Below are positions 38,273 through 48,554 of a stretch of 64,000 nucleotides of DNA, piece after piece. The position numbers and the translations under genes were made by a program. Below the pieces are notes generated by a model. It was not told the origin of the DNA, ran no database searches, and worked only from the letters and a program-made list of their open reading frames with translations. This stretch comes from an uncultured Bdellovibrio sp. (lineage in GTDB: Bacteria; Bdellovibrionota; Bdellovibrionia; Bdellovibrionales; Bdellovibrionaceae). Position 1 is the stretch's first letter. Each line of letters opens with the position of its first letter. Location: the NCBI GenBank assembly GCA_963932905.1, contig CAWVRN010000014.1, positions 42,513-106,512 on the forward strand, read 5' to 3'.

Positions 38273-39418
38273 TTATTCTTTGAACAGGTCTATGATTTTT
38301 TCGCGATTATCAAGAGCATCTTGAAATCCCATCTCGATCAATTCAGAACAAAACGGTGATTCAAACAACAAGTAGCTAATCAATTCGTTAGCGTCTTCTA
38401 GACTGCCAAGTCCCTTGATGAGATAGCGTATAATGCGTGGAACTTTAGCCATATGTTTTGATGCCAATGCGCCGATATCACGTGATGGCGATATGAAAAC
38501 GAAATCTAATTTTTTATAAGATAAATTCGGGCTATTTTCGGCTTGCTTCACGATTTGATTCATTCGAATTAACCGTTCCACGTCGTGTTCGACATTATCT
38601 AGAAGAACAGCATTCAAAAGAAGGTTTACTACTTTTGCGACGGACGGTGCCTTACCCATAGTATGGTCACCTTTTTCGTAAATTTTGTTAGAGCGACTTT
38701 TTACACCGATGACTAATAATTTTTGGGCACCTAAATAAATACTCGGAGCACATGGATGAGAATTTCGAACGCAGCCATCGCCGAAGTATCGGTTTTCGAT
38801 AGGACGAGGAGGAAACAAAAGTGGAATTGCGCTTGATCCAAGAATATGATCCACCGTAATTTTGGCTTCTTCAGAAATACGGCGTTGTTTTTTCCAAGGA
38901 GAAAATTCTTTATTCGTTTGAATAAAAGAGACAGCAGTGGAGTCATAGTAATCCACTGCTGTGATAATTAAGGATCGGAATAAGTTATTTTCTAAATTGC
39001 TGGCAATTTTACTGGTATCTAGTTTTGATTTTAGCAAATGCTTTAGAGGTTCGGTATCTAACAGTGCGCGACCTTCGCCACTGGGGCCAGTAACTCCACC
39101 AAGTGATAGTTCGCTGACCCACTTTAAGCCTATTTTTCCAAGGTTGATGGCATCGGTGTAATAGATATCTGAGCTTTTTAGTTGTGACCAGAGATCGACG
39201 AGATTCTTAATGGCTTTTTCCTGATCGTCCCACAAACTGGCCAGGTAACTGGCATTGATGGCACCGGCACTGACTCCAGAGAAGTGGTCGATCTTCATGG
39301 GAAGTCCTGCGGATTTTAAGACTTCGTAAATTCCTTGGGCAACTCCAGCTTGGTATGCGCCGCGAGCGCCACCGCCTGACAAAATGAGGGCTATTTGACT
39401 CATAGAGAAAGGATACAT
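38273..39418 (-). CDS. patatin-like phospholipase
   Basis: GGGARG, GVSAG (Ser), DG catalytic Asp. Confidence 0.9.
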   Translation of the reverse strand: MYPFSMSQIALILSGGGARGAYQAGVAQGIYEVLKSAGLPMKIDHFSGVSAGAINASYLASLWDDQEKAIKNLVDLWSQLKSSDIYYTDAINLGKIGLKWVSELSLGGVTGPSGEGRALLDTEPLKHLLKSKLDTSKIASNLENNLFRSLIITAVDYYDSTAVSFIQTNKEFSPWKKQRRISEEAKITVDHILGSSAIPLLFPPRPIENRYFGDGCVRNSHPCAPSIYLGAQKLLVIGVKSRSNKIYEKGDHTMGKAPSVAKVVNLLLNAVLLDNVEHDVERLIRMNQIVKQAENSPNLSYKKLDFVFISPSRDIGALASKHMAKVPRIIRYLIKGLGSLEDANELISYLLFESPFCSELIEMGFQDALDNREKIIDLFKE

Positions 39419-39624
39419 TCATTAGGGTCTTGTTAAAAAGAGAATAAAATCAAAGCTGGTCTTTTCGCTTGGCTATTGTTCCGCTAACGGTTCTTCGTTT
39501 TATTATGCTTGAATGGAAACGTTGATAAAATTTACTTTATGAATTTTACATAATTCTACGAATTAAGGGATGAAATACGATAATAGATAGAGCGTTTTGT
39601 AAAGACCTGTTATATCCAGAGTTC

Positions 39625-40527
39625 ATGTTGAAAATTCTGAGTATTGGTCTATTTTTAGTTTTCTCATTTTTTGTTAGTGCGCAAGCTGCGCAAATAAAAT
39701 CAGCACAGGGTACGGCAGCGACGACTATCGAAGAAACTAAAGACATTGATGATGAAATCAAGAACTCTCGTTTGCGAGCATCAACTGGATCTAAATCTCC
39801 TCTATCCATTCAAACTGATTTTAGTTACACAGGTGGGTCTGTATATAAACCTTTCGGTCCAACACGGCCCAAGCTATCGCCGGGGCCAATTTTTGAACGT
39901 AATACAAAAGTAACTGGTAACATTTCAGGTAAATACCGTTTCAATGAAAACAATCACATGAACATTGGTACTGGCGTGGGTGTGACGACGCCAGGTTTTG
40001 GTGGGCAGGAATATCAAGTTGAAAATCCGTATCTTTCTTTTTCAAATCTGTTTGGAGCTGGGTCTGCACAACATGTTTGGTCGTTCTCGGCAGTCAAGTA
40101 TTCATCGAAAGAATTGATGGATACGTTAGATATCAATTCAGAATTAAGTTTTTATTATACTTATCTCTATACATTTGGCGAGACGGGTTGGCAGACAGGT
40201 ATGGTGTTTTTGTTCAGCCACGAGATATACAACCATTACACGGAAGCCAATTCAGAAGAGACTTTGAATTCGGTTGGTCTGTATCCTTTTGCGGAATATG
40301 AATTTAACCCGACTTATTCTTTTCGCACGGTTTATCGAGGGGCTGGGTTTTATTCAAGTCGCAAAGATTTTAATAATTATGTGTGGGATGAAGCGACTCA
40401 GTCGCTCGGGATGGGGATCACGATCACTCGTGACTTGTACTTGTACCCAAATCTGCAATGGGTTTGGAGAGATATTCGTCTGGATAAGACGAATTTATCT
40501 CTCGTAGCCAATATTAATTTTTTCTAA
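39625..40527 (+). CDS. putative outer-membrane beta-barrel protein
   Basis: Signal peptide, aromatic amphipathic strands, C-terminal Phe. Confidence 0.7.
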   Translation: MLKILSIGLFLVFSFFVSAQAAQIKSAQGTAATTIEETKDIDDEIKNSRLRASTGSKSPLSIQTDFSYTGGSVYKPFGPTRPKLSPGPIFERNTKVTGNISGKYRFNENNHMNIGTGVGVTTPGFGGQEYQVENPYLSFSNLFGAGSAQHVWSFSAVKYSSKELMDTLDINSELSFYYTYLYTFGETGWQTGMVFLFSHEIYNHYTEANSEETLNSVGLYPFAEYEFNPTYSFRTVYRGAGFYSSRKDFNNYVWDEATQSLGMGITITRDLYLYPNLQWVWRDIRLDKTNLSLVANINFF

Positions 40528-40562
40528 GGTCTGGCGGTTTGCAATTTAAACTTGCTTAGCTA

Positions 40563-41192
40563 CTAGTTTTTAGCAGCTAGTTTAGAAGCGATTTTTTCGC
40601 CATTCGGTAGGAACAACAATGGGTCGTAAGCGTCTTTGTTTTGTCTGATTTCAAAATGTAAATGAACGCCAGTGACTCGGCCTGTTTTACCCATCAATCC
40701 AACCATGTCGCCTTGACGAAGTTTTTGCCCTTCTTTTACTAAAATTTTATCTAAGTGTGCATAAATCGTTGCCCAGCCGTTTTCGCCTTCGATTAACAAC
40801 ATTTTGCCGTAACCTTTAAAATCACGTCCCGAATAAACCACGGTTCCATGATGGCTAGAGTAAATAGGAGTGCCTTTATTAGAGGCTAAATCGATCCCCC
40901 AGTGCGAACGCTTCTTAAGGCGACGTTTGGGGTGTTTAACTGGATCAGCGCTGTAAGCACGTGTTAGGCGAGCCTCATCGATTGGCCAATCAAAGTATTT
41001 TCTTTGAATCATGGACTGAGGAGTTCGCGATAATTCGTTTGAAATCTTAGAATTTTTTGATTCTAGAACGACAGGCTGAGCTGAACCAATTTCACGACTG
41101 ATTGCCGTCGGTGAAGTCGAACATGACGACACAATGCCGACGAAAGGCAGGACAGAAAGTATTGCAACAATAAGTAAAGTTTTTTTATTCAT
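40563..41192 (-). CDS. M23 family peptidoglycan endopeptidase, lipoprotein
   Basis: Lipobox VSSC; HWGID, YAHL, HLHFE. Confidence 0.9.
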   Translation of the reverse strand: MNKKTLLIVAILSVLPFVGIVSSCSTSPTAISREIGSAQPVVLESKNSKISNELSRTPQSMIQRKYFDWPIDEARLTRAYSADPVKHPKRRLKKRSHWGIDLASNKGTPIYSSHHGTVVYSGRDFKGYGKMLLIEGENGWATIYAHLDKILVKEGQKLRQGDMVGLMGKTGRVTGVHLHFEIRQNKDAYDPLLFLPNGEKIASKLAAKN

Positions 41193-41323
41193 GCGTATCC
41201 TTCCATTATAACCAGTTTCATCCTTCGGTAAATAATAAAATCACCTAAAGTCTTGATTAAATAGGTAAAAAGTCCTGTTTTTCTTAAAACAGTCTAAGAA
41301 TTCGACAGAATAAAAAACATTCT

Positions 41324-41378
41324 AGGTGCCAGGCTACTTTTCTGGAAGCGTCGCCTTAAGAAAAGTAGCCTGGCACCT
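41324..41378. repeat. perfect 20-bp inverted repeat (REP-like or terminator) after glyA
   Basis: AGGTGCCAGGCTACTTTTCT-N15-AGAAAAGTAGCCTGGCACCT. Confidence 0.8.
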
Positions 41379-41384
41379 TATTGG

Positions 41385-42629
41385 TTAGTAAGGAAGAGGG
41401 AATTGTTTGCAGAGGTCTTTTACTTCGTTGTGGACTTTGGCTTTTGTGCTAGCGTCTTCAACGTTGTTTAGGACGGTGGTGATCCAGCTGGCGATTTTCT
41501 TCATCTCGTTGGCCTTCATTCCGCGAGTTGTTAATGCGGGAGTTCCTATTCGGATTCCTGATGTGACGAATGGCGAGCGTTTTTCGTTTGGAACCGTATT
41601 TTTATTTACTGTAATACCCGCTTCATCCAACGCGATTTCTGCGGCTTTGCCTGTTATTGCTGATTCGCTTAGGTCTAGGAGTAATAAATGGTTTTCAGTT
41701 CCGCCAGTAACTAGTTTAAATCCATTGCGTTTTAGTTCTTCCGCTAATGTTTTTGCGTTTACCAATACATTTTCGATGTATGTTTTAAATTCTGGTTTAA
41801 GTGCTTCGCCGAAACAGACGGCTTTGCCCGCAATTATGTGTTCCAACGGTCCTCCTTGTATGCCAGGGAAGATTCTTGAATTCATCGTTTTTGCTTTTTT
41901 TTCGCTGTTAGTTAAGATCATGCCGCCACGAGGACCACGCAAAGTTTTGTGAGTCGTTGTTGTCACGTAGTCCGCATAAGGCATAGGTGACGGGTGGTGA
42001 CCTGAAGCCACTAGACCGGCGAAGTGAGCCATGTCCACTAGTAATGTTGCTCCCACAGAGTCGGCGATCTCTTTGAACTTAGCGAAATCTAAAAAGCGAG
42101 GGTAAGCGCTGTAACCCGCAATGATCATTTTTGGTTTATGCTCTTTGGCTGATTTTGCAATCTCGTCGTAATTTAGAACACCTGTATTTGGGTCTAGTTT
42201 GTAAGAGGTTGCATTGAATAGTAAACCCGAAAAGTTAACTGGACTTCCGTGGGTTAAATGTCCACCGTGCGATAAATCCATTCCCAAAATGGTATCGCCC
42301 GGTTTCAGAGCCGCCAAATAAACTGCCATATTGGCTTGTGAGCCCGCATGGGGTTGCACGTTGACGTATGAAGCGTTGAAAAGTTGTTTCGCGCGATCAA
42401 TAGCCAGTTGTTCTATGCCATCAACATATTCACACCCACCGTAGTAGCGTTTGTTCGGATAGCCTTCTGCATACTTGTTAGTTAGAATTGATCCCTGAGC
42501 TTCCATCACCGCTGCGGATGTGTAATTTTCCGAAGCGATCATTTCTAGGCCTTCTTGTTGGCGAACAGATTCTTTTCCAATCAAACTAAAGATCGCTTCA
42601 TCTGTCTGTTTCAATGAAGTTTTCAACAT
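41385..42629 (-). CDS. glyA: serine hydroxymethyltransferase
   Basis: [27 protein letters not shown]. Confidence 0.98.
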   Translation of the reverse strand: MLKTSLKQTDEAIFSLIGKESVRQQEGLEMIASENYTSAAVMEAQGSILTNKYAEGYPNKRYYGGCEYVDGIEQLAIDRAKQLFNASYVNVQPHAGSQANMAVYLAALKPGDTILGMDLSHGGHLTHGSPVNFSGLLFNATSYKLDPNTGVLNYDEIAKSAKEHKPKMIIAGYSAYPRFLDFAKFKEIADSVGATLLVDMAHFAGLVASGHHPSPMPYADYVTTTTHKTLRGPRGGMILTNSEKKAKTMNSRIFPGIQGGPLEHIIAGKAVCFGEALKPEFKTYIENVLVNAKTLAEELKRNGFKLVTGGTENHLLLLDLSESAITGKAAEIALDEAGITVNKNTVPNEKRSPFVTSGIRIGTPALTTRGMKANEMKKIASWITTVLNNVEDASTKAKVHNEVKDLCKQFPLPY

Positions 42630-42663
42630 GGCGGCCTCCCGGCGTATTTTTTTAATTTTACTA

Positions 42664-43137
42664 TTATATTTTATCTACGCGAATCGCGTGGCGACCTTTT
42701 GCAAATGGGGTCGTTAGAAATATCTTTACCATCTCCATTGCCACCGGGGAATGGATGTAACGGCCAGGCAAACATAAAACATTCGCATTGTTATGTTCGC
42801 GAGCTAGAGTTGTTATTTCAGGATTCCAGCATAAACCGGCTCGAATTTGCGGATATTTGTTAGCCTTCATCGCCATGCCTTGGCCAGAACCACAAAATAG
42901 AATCCCTAATGATCCATAAACATGAGCATCTTCGCTAGCGACAACTTGAGGCAATTTTTTGTAATCCTCAAGAATGCTCTCGCAAACAAGTTTGGCTAGG
43001 TCTGGGTAGTTAACCGATTCGTTAGTGTAGCATCCCAAATCTTTGAATTCGTAAGAACTATCTAACGTTGGTAAAGACCGCAGCAGCTCTTGTTTTAAAT
43101 CGAAGCCACCGTGATCTGAACCAATGTATATTTTCAT
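42664..43137 (-). CDS. rpiB: ribose-5-phosphate isomerase B
   Basis: [20 protein letters not shown]. Confidence 0.93.
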   Translation of the reverse strand: MKIYIGSDHGGFDLKQELLRSLPTLDSSYEFKDLGCYTNESVNYPDLAKLVCESILEDYKKLPQVVASEDAHVYGSLGILFCGSGQGMAMKANKYPQIRAGLCWNPEITTLAREHNNANVLCLPGRYIHSPVAMEMVKIFLTTPFAKGRHAIRVDKI

Positions 43138-43140
43138 AGC

Positions 43141-44439
43141 CTACTCTAATTTTGAAAAGATAATTGAACCGTTAGTTCCACCAAAGCCAAAGCTGTTATT
43201 CAAGGCGTGTTTGAATTTACCATCACGTGCTTGATTAGGAACATAGTCTAAATCACAATCTTCACTTGGATTTTCTAAATTGATTGTTGGAGGAACGATT
43301 TGGTCGCGAAGGGCTAGAATAGTCCACGCACTTTCAATCGCTCCAGCGGCACCTAATAGATGACCAGTCATTGATTTCGTTCCTGATACCCACAAGTTTT
43401 TAGCGTGAGCGCCGAACAAGTTCTTAATGGCTTGAGTTTCTAAACCATCGCCAATCGGAGTTGATGTCGCATGGGCATTAACGTGTTTGATATCTTCCGG
43501 TTTAATTCCAGCATCTTTAACAGCAGCAGCCATCGCACGACGACCACCTTCACCTTCCGGTGCTGGACTTGTGAAATGGTAGGCATCGGATGTCGCGCCA
43601 TAACCAGTCACTTCACATAAAATATGAGCGCCACGTTTCATTGCGCTTTCTAATGTTTCAAGGAAAAATACGGCGCCGCCTTCACCTAGAACAAAACCAT
43701 CACGGTCTTTATCAAATGGCCGAGACGCTTTCTCGGGTGCATCGTTGCGTTCTGACATGGCTCTCATTGAAGAGAAGCCGCCAATAGCTGACGGGCATAC
43801 AGTGGCTTCCACTCCGCCGGCTAACATGTAGTCAGCACGACCGTAGCGAATGTAATTAAATGCTTCACCGATCGAATGAACACCTGTTGCGCAGGCGCTT
43901 GTGATGGCAAAGTTTGGACCTTTAAATCCATGTTTGATTGATACTTGTCCGGCTGCCAAGTTCGTGATTACGCCAGGAATGAAGAATGGGGAGATGCGGT
44001 TCGGACCGCGTGTTCTTAATTTTTCTAATTGTTCTTCGATCATCGGTAGACCACCGATGCCGACACCAATGAACGCTCCTGTTTCCAAGAGCTGTTCTTC
44101 GGTTAATTTTATGTTGGCCATTTCGAGCGCCATCTGAGTACAAGCCATAGAATAATGGATAAATGTATCCATTTTCTTTTGCTCTTTTTTCTCGATGTAA
44201 AGATCGGGATTAAACCCTTTTACTTCGCCAGCTATTTTAGTTGAGAAAGCAGTCGTATCAAATTTTGTAATTTGAGTGATTCCGCTTTGACCTTTCAATA
44301 ACGCTTTCCATGACTCTTCTAGGGTGTTTCCTAGCGGGCTTACAAGCCCAATTCCAGTCACCACAACTCGACGTTGTGGCTGTGACGGTCTCTCGAAGCT
44401 GCTTCTATCGAAATTTCGTGACCCGAAATGTTCCGGCAT
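43141..44439 (-). CDS. fabF: 3-oxoacyl-ACP synthase II
   Basis: SACATG, HATST, KSMTGH, NSFGFGG. Confidence 0.97.
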   Translation of the reverse strand: MPEHFGSRNFDRSSFERPSQPQRRVVVTGIGLVSPLGNTLEESWKALLKGQSGITQITKFDTTAFSTKIAGEVKGFNPDLYIEKKEQKKMDTFIHYSMACTQMALEMANIKLTEEQLLETGAFIGVGIGGLPMIEEQLEKLRTRGPNRISPFFIPGVITNLAAGQVSIKHGFKGPNFAITSACATGVHSIGEAFNYIRYGRADYMLAGGVEATVCPSAIGGFSSMRAMSERNDAPEKASRPFDKDRDGFVLGEGGAVFFLETLESAMKRGAHILCEVTGYGATSDAYHFTSPAPEGEGGRRAMAAAVKDAGIKPEDIKHVNAHATSTPIGDGLETQAIKNLFGAHAKNLWVSGTKSMTGHLLGAAGAIESAWTILALRDQIVPPTINLENPSEDCDLDYVPNQARDGKFKHALNNSFGFGGTNGSIIFSKLE

Positions 44440-44443
44440 AAAA

Positions 44444-44680
44444 TTAGATTTTGCCTTTAGTCTCTAAGTACTTTGTAACGTCTTGAACTGTTTTTAACTT
44501 TTCAGCATCTTCGTCTGGGATTTCGATGTCGAATTCTTCTTCCATAGCCATAACAAGTTCTACGATGTCTAAGCTGTCTGCGCCTAAGTCGTCGATGAAT
44601 GAAGCTTCTGGTTTAACTTTCTCAGGATCAACGCTCAATTGCTCAACGATGATATCTTTAATTTTTGGACTTAATGACAT
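44444..44680 (-). CDS. acpP: acyl carrier protein
   Basis: LGADSLD; start placed at ATG 44680 after GGAG. Confidence 0.97.
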   Translation of the reverse strand: MSLSPKIKDIIVEQLSVDPEKVKPEASFIDDLGADSLDIVELVMAMEEEFDIEIPDEDAEKLKTVQDVTKYLETKGKI

Positions 44681-44810
44681 GTTAGACTCCTTTTGTAAAT
44701 CCATAGTAAATTCCTTTCTTTTTGAAAAATTGGTTACTCTATTAATTTTATAAACGTAATCAAAATAAACGATTTAGGCGTTAGAGCAAGCAAAAAAATC
44801 GCCTAAGTTT

Positions 44811-45548
44811 TTACTCCATAAACATTCCGCCATTTACGCTTAAAGTGTGGCCTGTAATGTAGGCACTTTGATCACTCAGTAGAAATTTTACAGCGTCAGC
44901 TACGTCTTTAGACGATCCCATACGTTGTAAAGGGATCTTGTCCATAATCTTTTGTTTCACATCATCAGAGAGCACATCCGTCATATCTGTTTCAATAAAC
45001 CCGGGAGCTACACAATTGACGCGAACACCACGTGAACCTAATTCCAAGGCCACTGATTTTGAGAACGCCACGACGCCTGCTTTGGAAGCCGCGTAGTTAG
45101 CTTGACCCGCATTTCCAGTTTGTCCAATAACACTTGTGATTTGAACAACGGATCCTTTGCGTGCTTTCATCATAATCTTAGTGATTGCTTTGGTTAAAAA
45201 GAAGGTACCTTTAAGATTTGTGTTTATCACAGAATCAAAATCTTCTGATTTCATGCGCATCAATAAACCGTCTTTAGTAATGCCGGCGTTGTTCACCAGG
45301 CCGTCGAATTCTTTCCAGTCCGTCATCAATGTTTCAAGGGCTGTATTCACAGACGCTTCGTCGGCTACGTTCATCGCTAGAATGCGGTGGCCTTCACCAG
45401 GAAGTGATTCAAGGATCTTTTGTGCCGAGGCTTGGTTAGAGCTATAGGTGAAAGCGACTTTGGCGCCAGCTTCAGCTAATGATTTTACGATTTCAGCACC
45501 TATACCGCGGCTGCCGCCAGTCACTAGAATTTTTTTACCAGACAACAT
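44811..45548 (-). CDS. fabG: 3-oxoacyl-ACP reductase
   Basis: TGGSRGIG, NNAGIT, YAASK; fab cluster context. Confidence 0.96.
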   Translation of the reverse strand: MLSGKKILVTGGSRGIGAEIVKSLAEAGAKVAFTYSSNQASAQKILESLPGEGHRILAMNVADEASVNTALETLMTDWKEFDGLVNNAGITKDGLLMRMKSEDFDSVINTNLKGTFFLTKAITKIMMKARKGSVVQITSVIGQTGNAGQANYAASKAGVVAFSKSVALELGSRGVRVNCVAPGFIETDMTDVLSDDVKQKIMDKIPLQRMGSSKDVADAVKFLLSDQSAYITGHTLSVNGGMFME

Positions 45549-45559
45549 TAGATACGTCC

Positions 45560-46513
45560 TTAGTTTTGAGTTTTAATTAAATCTAAATCTTCTTGAGTTT
45601 GTGAACTTAGGATTTTGAAATTTGGATTTTCCATTTTCTTGAATAATCCTTTTACAACAGAACCGTGACCGCATTCGATTCCGGTCATCCACGATTTTGT
45701 TTCCATAAGCTTCATTGTTTGAGTCCATAACACGGGAGCTGAAACTTGTTGAACTAAGTTTTGTTTTAATTCTGTTGGGTTTTCAACCAATTGTGCATTG
45801 AAGTTTTGGATAATAGGAAATGCAGGTTTGTTGAAGGTGACACCACTTAAAAATTGATTCATTTTTTCTTGAGCGGGTTTCATCATACTGCAGTGGAAAG
45901 GTGCAGATACATTCAAAGGAATCAGTTTCGCACGTTTTGGCGATCCCGGAATTAATTCAGCTTTGAAATTTGTTTTTAACCAGTCGATACATTTCATTGA
46001 TCCACTGATTACGATTTGTCCTGGACTGTTGAAATTGGCAGGGGAAAGAGGTTTAAAACCAGATTCTTTTTCTGCCCACTCGCAGAGCCAAGTGACTTGG
46101 TCTGGTTCTAATCCCAGAACCGCAACCATGCCGCCTTCGCCGACAGGAACTGCCGATTGCATTGCTTCGCCGCGAAGGCGAACCGCTTTCATTGCTGTAG
46201 CGAAATCCATAACCCCAGCTGTAACTAGCGCCGCATATTCACCGATAGAATGTCCAGCGGCTGCTTCGATTTTTAAAGGAGAGAGTTCTTTTAAAACGCG
46301 AAAAGTGCCTACAGATACACTCAGTAAAGCCGGTTGAGTGTTAGCCGTCAAAGCCAGTTCGGCTTCGGTACCATCATAGATTAGTTTTTTTAAATCTAAA
46401 CTAATCGCCTCTGATGCTTCTGAGATTGTGTTTTTGAATATTGGGAAATTTTCGAAAAGGTAGCTGCCCATTTTTGGAGCTTGGCTTCCTTGTCCTGGAA
46501 ATAATAAAACCAC
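45560..46513 (-). CDS. fabD: malonyl-CoA-ACP transacylase
   Basis: FPGQGSQ, GHSIGEY, SAPFH. Confidence 0.96.
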   Translation of the reverse strand: MVLLFPGQGSQAPKMGSYLFENFPIFKNTISEASEAISLDLKKLIYDGTEAELALTANTQPALLSVSVGTFRVLKELSPLKIEAAAGHSIGEYAALVTAGVMDFATAMKAVRLRGEAMQSAVPVGEGGMVAVLGLEPDQVTWLCEWAEKESGFKPLSPANFNSPGQIVISGSMKCIDWLKTNFKAELIPGSPKRAKLIPLNVSAPFHCSMMKPAQEKMNQFLSGVTFNKPAFPIIQNFNAQLVENPTELKQNLVQQVSAPVLWTQTMKLMETKSWMTGIECGHGSVVKGLFKKMENPNFKILSSQTQEDLDLIKTQN

Positions 46514-46575
46514 CGTAAAGTCCTTTTTTAGAATCTAAGTTTAGCTAACAGGAACGCCTGCTAGCTATGTCTTAA

Positions 46576-47571
46576 TTAAAATCTAAGTAGTAAACTGCCT
46601 GATGTTAAGCCGGCACCAAAAGCAGCTAATAGAATGAGCTGACCGCGCTTAATTTTTCCTTCCTGTAAAGCCATATCGAATGCAACTGGAATACTGGCTG
46701 CTGAGGTGTTGCCCGTTTCGTGCAAACTGACCACTACTTTTTCAGTAGGGAACTCAAAGTGACTTGCGACACTTTCTAAAATACGTAAGTTAGCTTGATG
46801 TGGAATCAACCAATCGACTTCCGTCGGAGCTACGTTGTTGGCGCGAAGGGCTTCGTGGCAACATTCAGTCATGGTACGAACGGCATTTTTAAAAATCTCT
46901 CGACCTTTCATGCGTACGTATTGAGTTTTATTGTTTAGGACCTCTTGGCTGAATGGAATTTTGGATCCACCAGCAGGTAGTACGAATAATTCACCTAAAT
47001 TACCGTCCGCGTGGAGGTGCGAACTCATGATAATGTTGGGGTCGTTTTTATCTGTACGTGAAACAATCCATGCGCCAGCGGCATCACCAAATAGGATGCA
47101 TGTTTCGCGATCTTCGTAATTTACAAATGGATGCAGAACTTCACCACCCACAACTAGGATGTGTTTGTACATGCCAGTACGGATGAATTGATCGGCTACT
47201 GATAAACCGTAAACGAAGCCAGAACATGCCGCTGATAAATCAAACGCCATGATGTTTCGGCACCCTAGCTTGCTTTGCAGTACGCAGGCTGTTGACGGCA
47301 TAACTTGGTCAGGGCTTACTGTGCAGACGATGATCAAATCAAGGTCTTGCGCTGATAAGCCGGACATTTTTAATGCTTTGAGGGTCGCTTCGTAAGCCAG
47401 ATCGCTGGTACCGACGCCGTCGGCAGCAATATGGCGGTGTTTGATGCCGGTACGTTCAACGATCCAATCGTTGTTCGTGTCGACCATTTTTTCTAAATCA
47501 AAATTAGTAAGAACTTTTTCAGGAAGGTATGAGCCGACTCCTGATATTTTGGATCTGAACTCTCCAACCAT
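46576..47571 (-). CDS. fabH: 3-oxoacyl-ACP synthase III
   Basis: AACSG, PHQAN, GNTSAAS. Confidence 0.96.
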   Translation of the reverse strand: MVGEFRSKISGVGSYLPEKVLTNFDLEKMVDTNNDWIVERTGIKHRHIAADGVGTSDLAYEATLKALKMSGLSAQDLDLIIVCTVSPDQVMPSTACVLQSKLGCRNIMAFDLSAACSGFVYGLSVADQFIRTGMYKHILVVGGEVLHPFVNYEDRETCILFGDAAGAWIVSRTDKNDPNIIMSSHLHADGNLGELFVLPAGGSKIPFSQEVLNNKTQYVRMKGREIFKNAVRTMTECCHEALRANNVAPTEVDWLIPHQANLRILESVASHFEFPTEKVVVSLHETGNTSAASIPVAFDMALQEGKIKRGQLILLAAFGAGLTSGSLLLRF

Positions 47572-47593
47572 GGAAGCCTCGCTTTAGTTAGGA

Positions 47594-47809
47594 TTACTCA
47601 GCAGTTTCTTCAGCTTGCTTCTTAACTTTAGCAGGGATGATTTCTTTGCCACGGTAATAGAATGCACCGTCTGTTGATTTGTAAGCGCGGTGAGGAGCGT
47701 GGAATTCTCCCATTTTTTTATCAAAACCAATAGCTGGAATCTCTAGAGAATCGTGTGAACGTCTCATGTCGCGGCGTGAGCGTGAGGTTTTTTTCTTCGG
47801 TGTAGGCAT
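47594..47809 (-). CDS. rpmF: 50S ribosomal protein L32 (no Cys ligands)
   Basis: MPTPKKKTSRSRRDMRRSH; position between yceD and fabH. Confidence 0.9.
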   Translation of the reverse strand: MPTPKKKTSRSRRDMRRSHDSLEIPAIGFDKKMGEFHAPHRAYKSTDGAFYYRGKEIIPAKVKKQAEETAE

Positions 47810-47921
47810 GGTAGCTCCTTAAATAACGGATCGTATTATTAAATAATAAAGACGAATTAATTCCTTAATTTCACTCAAAAATCAATCTTTGATATTGTGG
47901 CTTGGTCCGGGTGCGTAAAAC

Positions 47922-48479
47922 TTACTGAATCTTTAAGCCCTTTAATACAGCAAATGGATTTGTTTCTTCCAGTGCCGTTGGCTTTTCTTCATAAGTTTTA
48001 AGCAGACTTTGAACATTTAGCCCACAATCATTGCAGTCACCTTTGGAATTAACCTCGGGAGCTGGATTATAAGGCACCTCGAGAGCAATCGCTTCGTGAA
48101 GGTATTCGCCAATGTTAAGTTTCATTCCGGCCGAGTATTCAAAACTTTGAGGCCCTTCGGTTTGGTTTTCAGAGAAATGATTCGGTTTTGCGTAGTGACC
48201 GTCACGGGTCATTTCTTGCGGTGGAATCAAAATTTCATTGAATTTGACCGTGATTGGGAACTGAATTCCTTGGCCGCAATATGAGCAAAGCTCTTTAGAT
48301 TTTGTTTTTATTGAGCCAGTCAGTGTGAAATCGCGTGTGTTTAATGGGCGAATAGTAAATGTCGTTAGATATTTGTTTTCGCCAATAAGATCAGCCAAAG
48401 CCGCTGTGACTTCGCCGGATTCAGTTGTGTATTCGTAACTACGGCCCTCTTCGGGGATTTCTGCTAGATTGATAATCAT
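47922..48479 (-). CDS. YceD/DUF177 family protein
   Basis: CSYC and CNDC, NPFAVLK C-terminus; upstream of rpmF. Confidence 0.85.
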   Translation of the reverse strand: MIINLAEIPEEGRSYEYTTESGEVTAALADLIGENKYLTTFTIRPLNTRDFTLTGSIKTKSKELCSYCGQGIQFPITVKFNEILIPPQEMTRDGHYAKPNHFSENQTEGPQSFEYSAGMKLNIGEYLHEAIALEVPYNPAPEVNSKGDCNDCGLNVQSLLKTYEEKPTALEETNPFAVLKGLKIQ

Positions 48480-48554
48480 GGTACATGTCCTAAGTTTTCA
48501 TAGCGAAAGGGTCAATGAGTTTTGCCCAGATTCACTAAATTACATATTTTTCTT

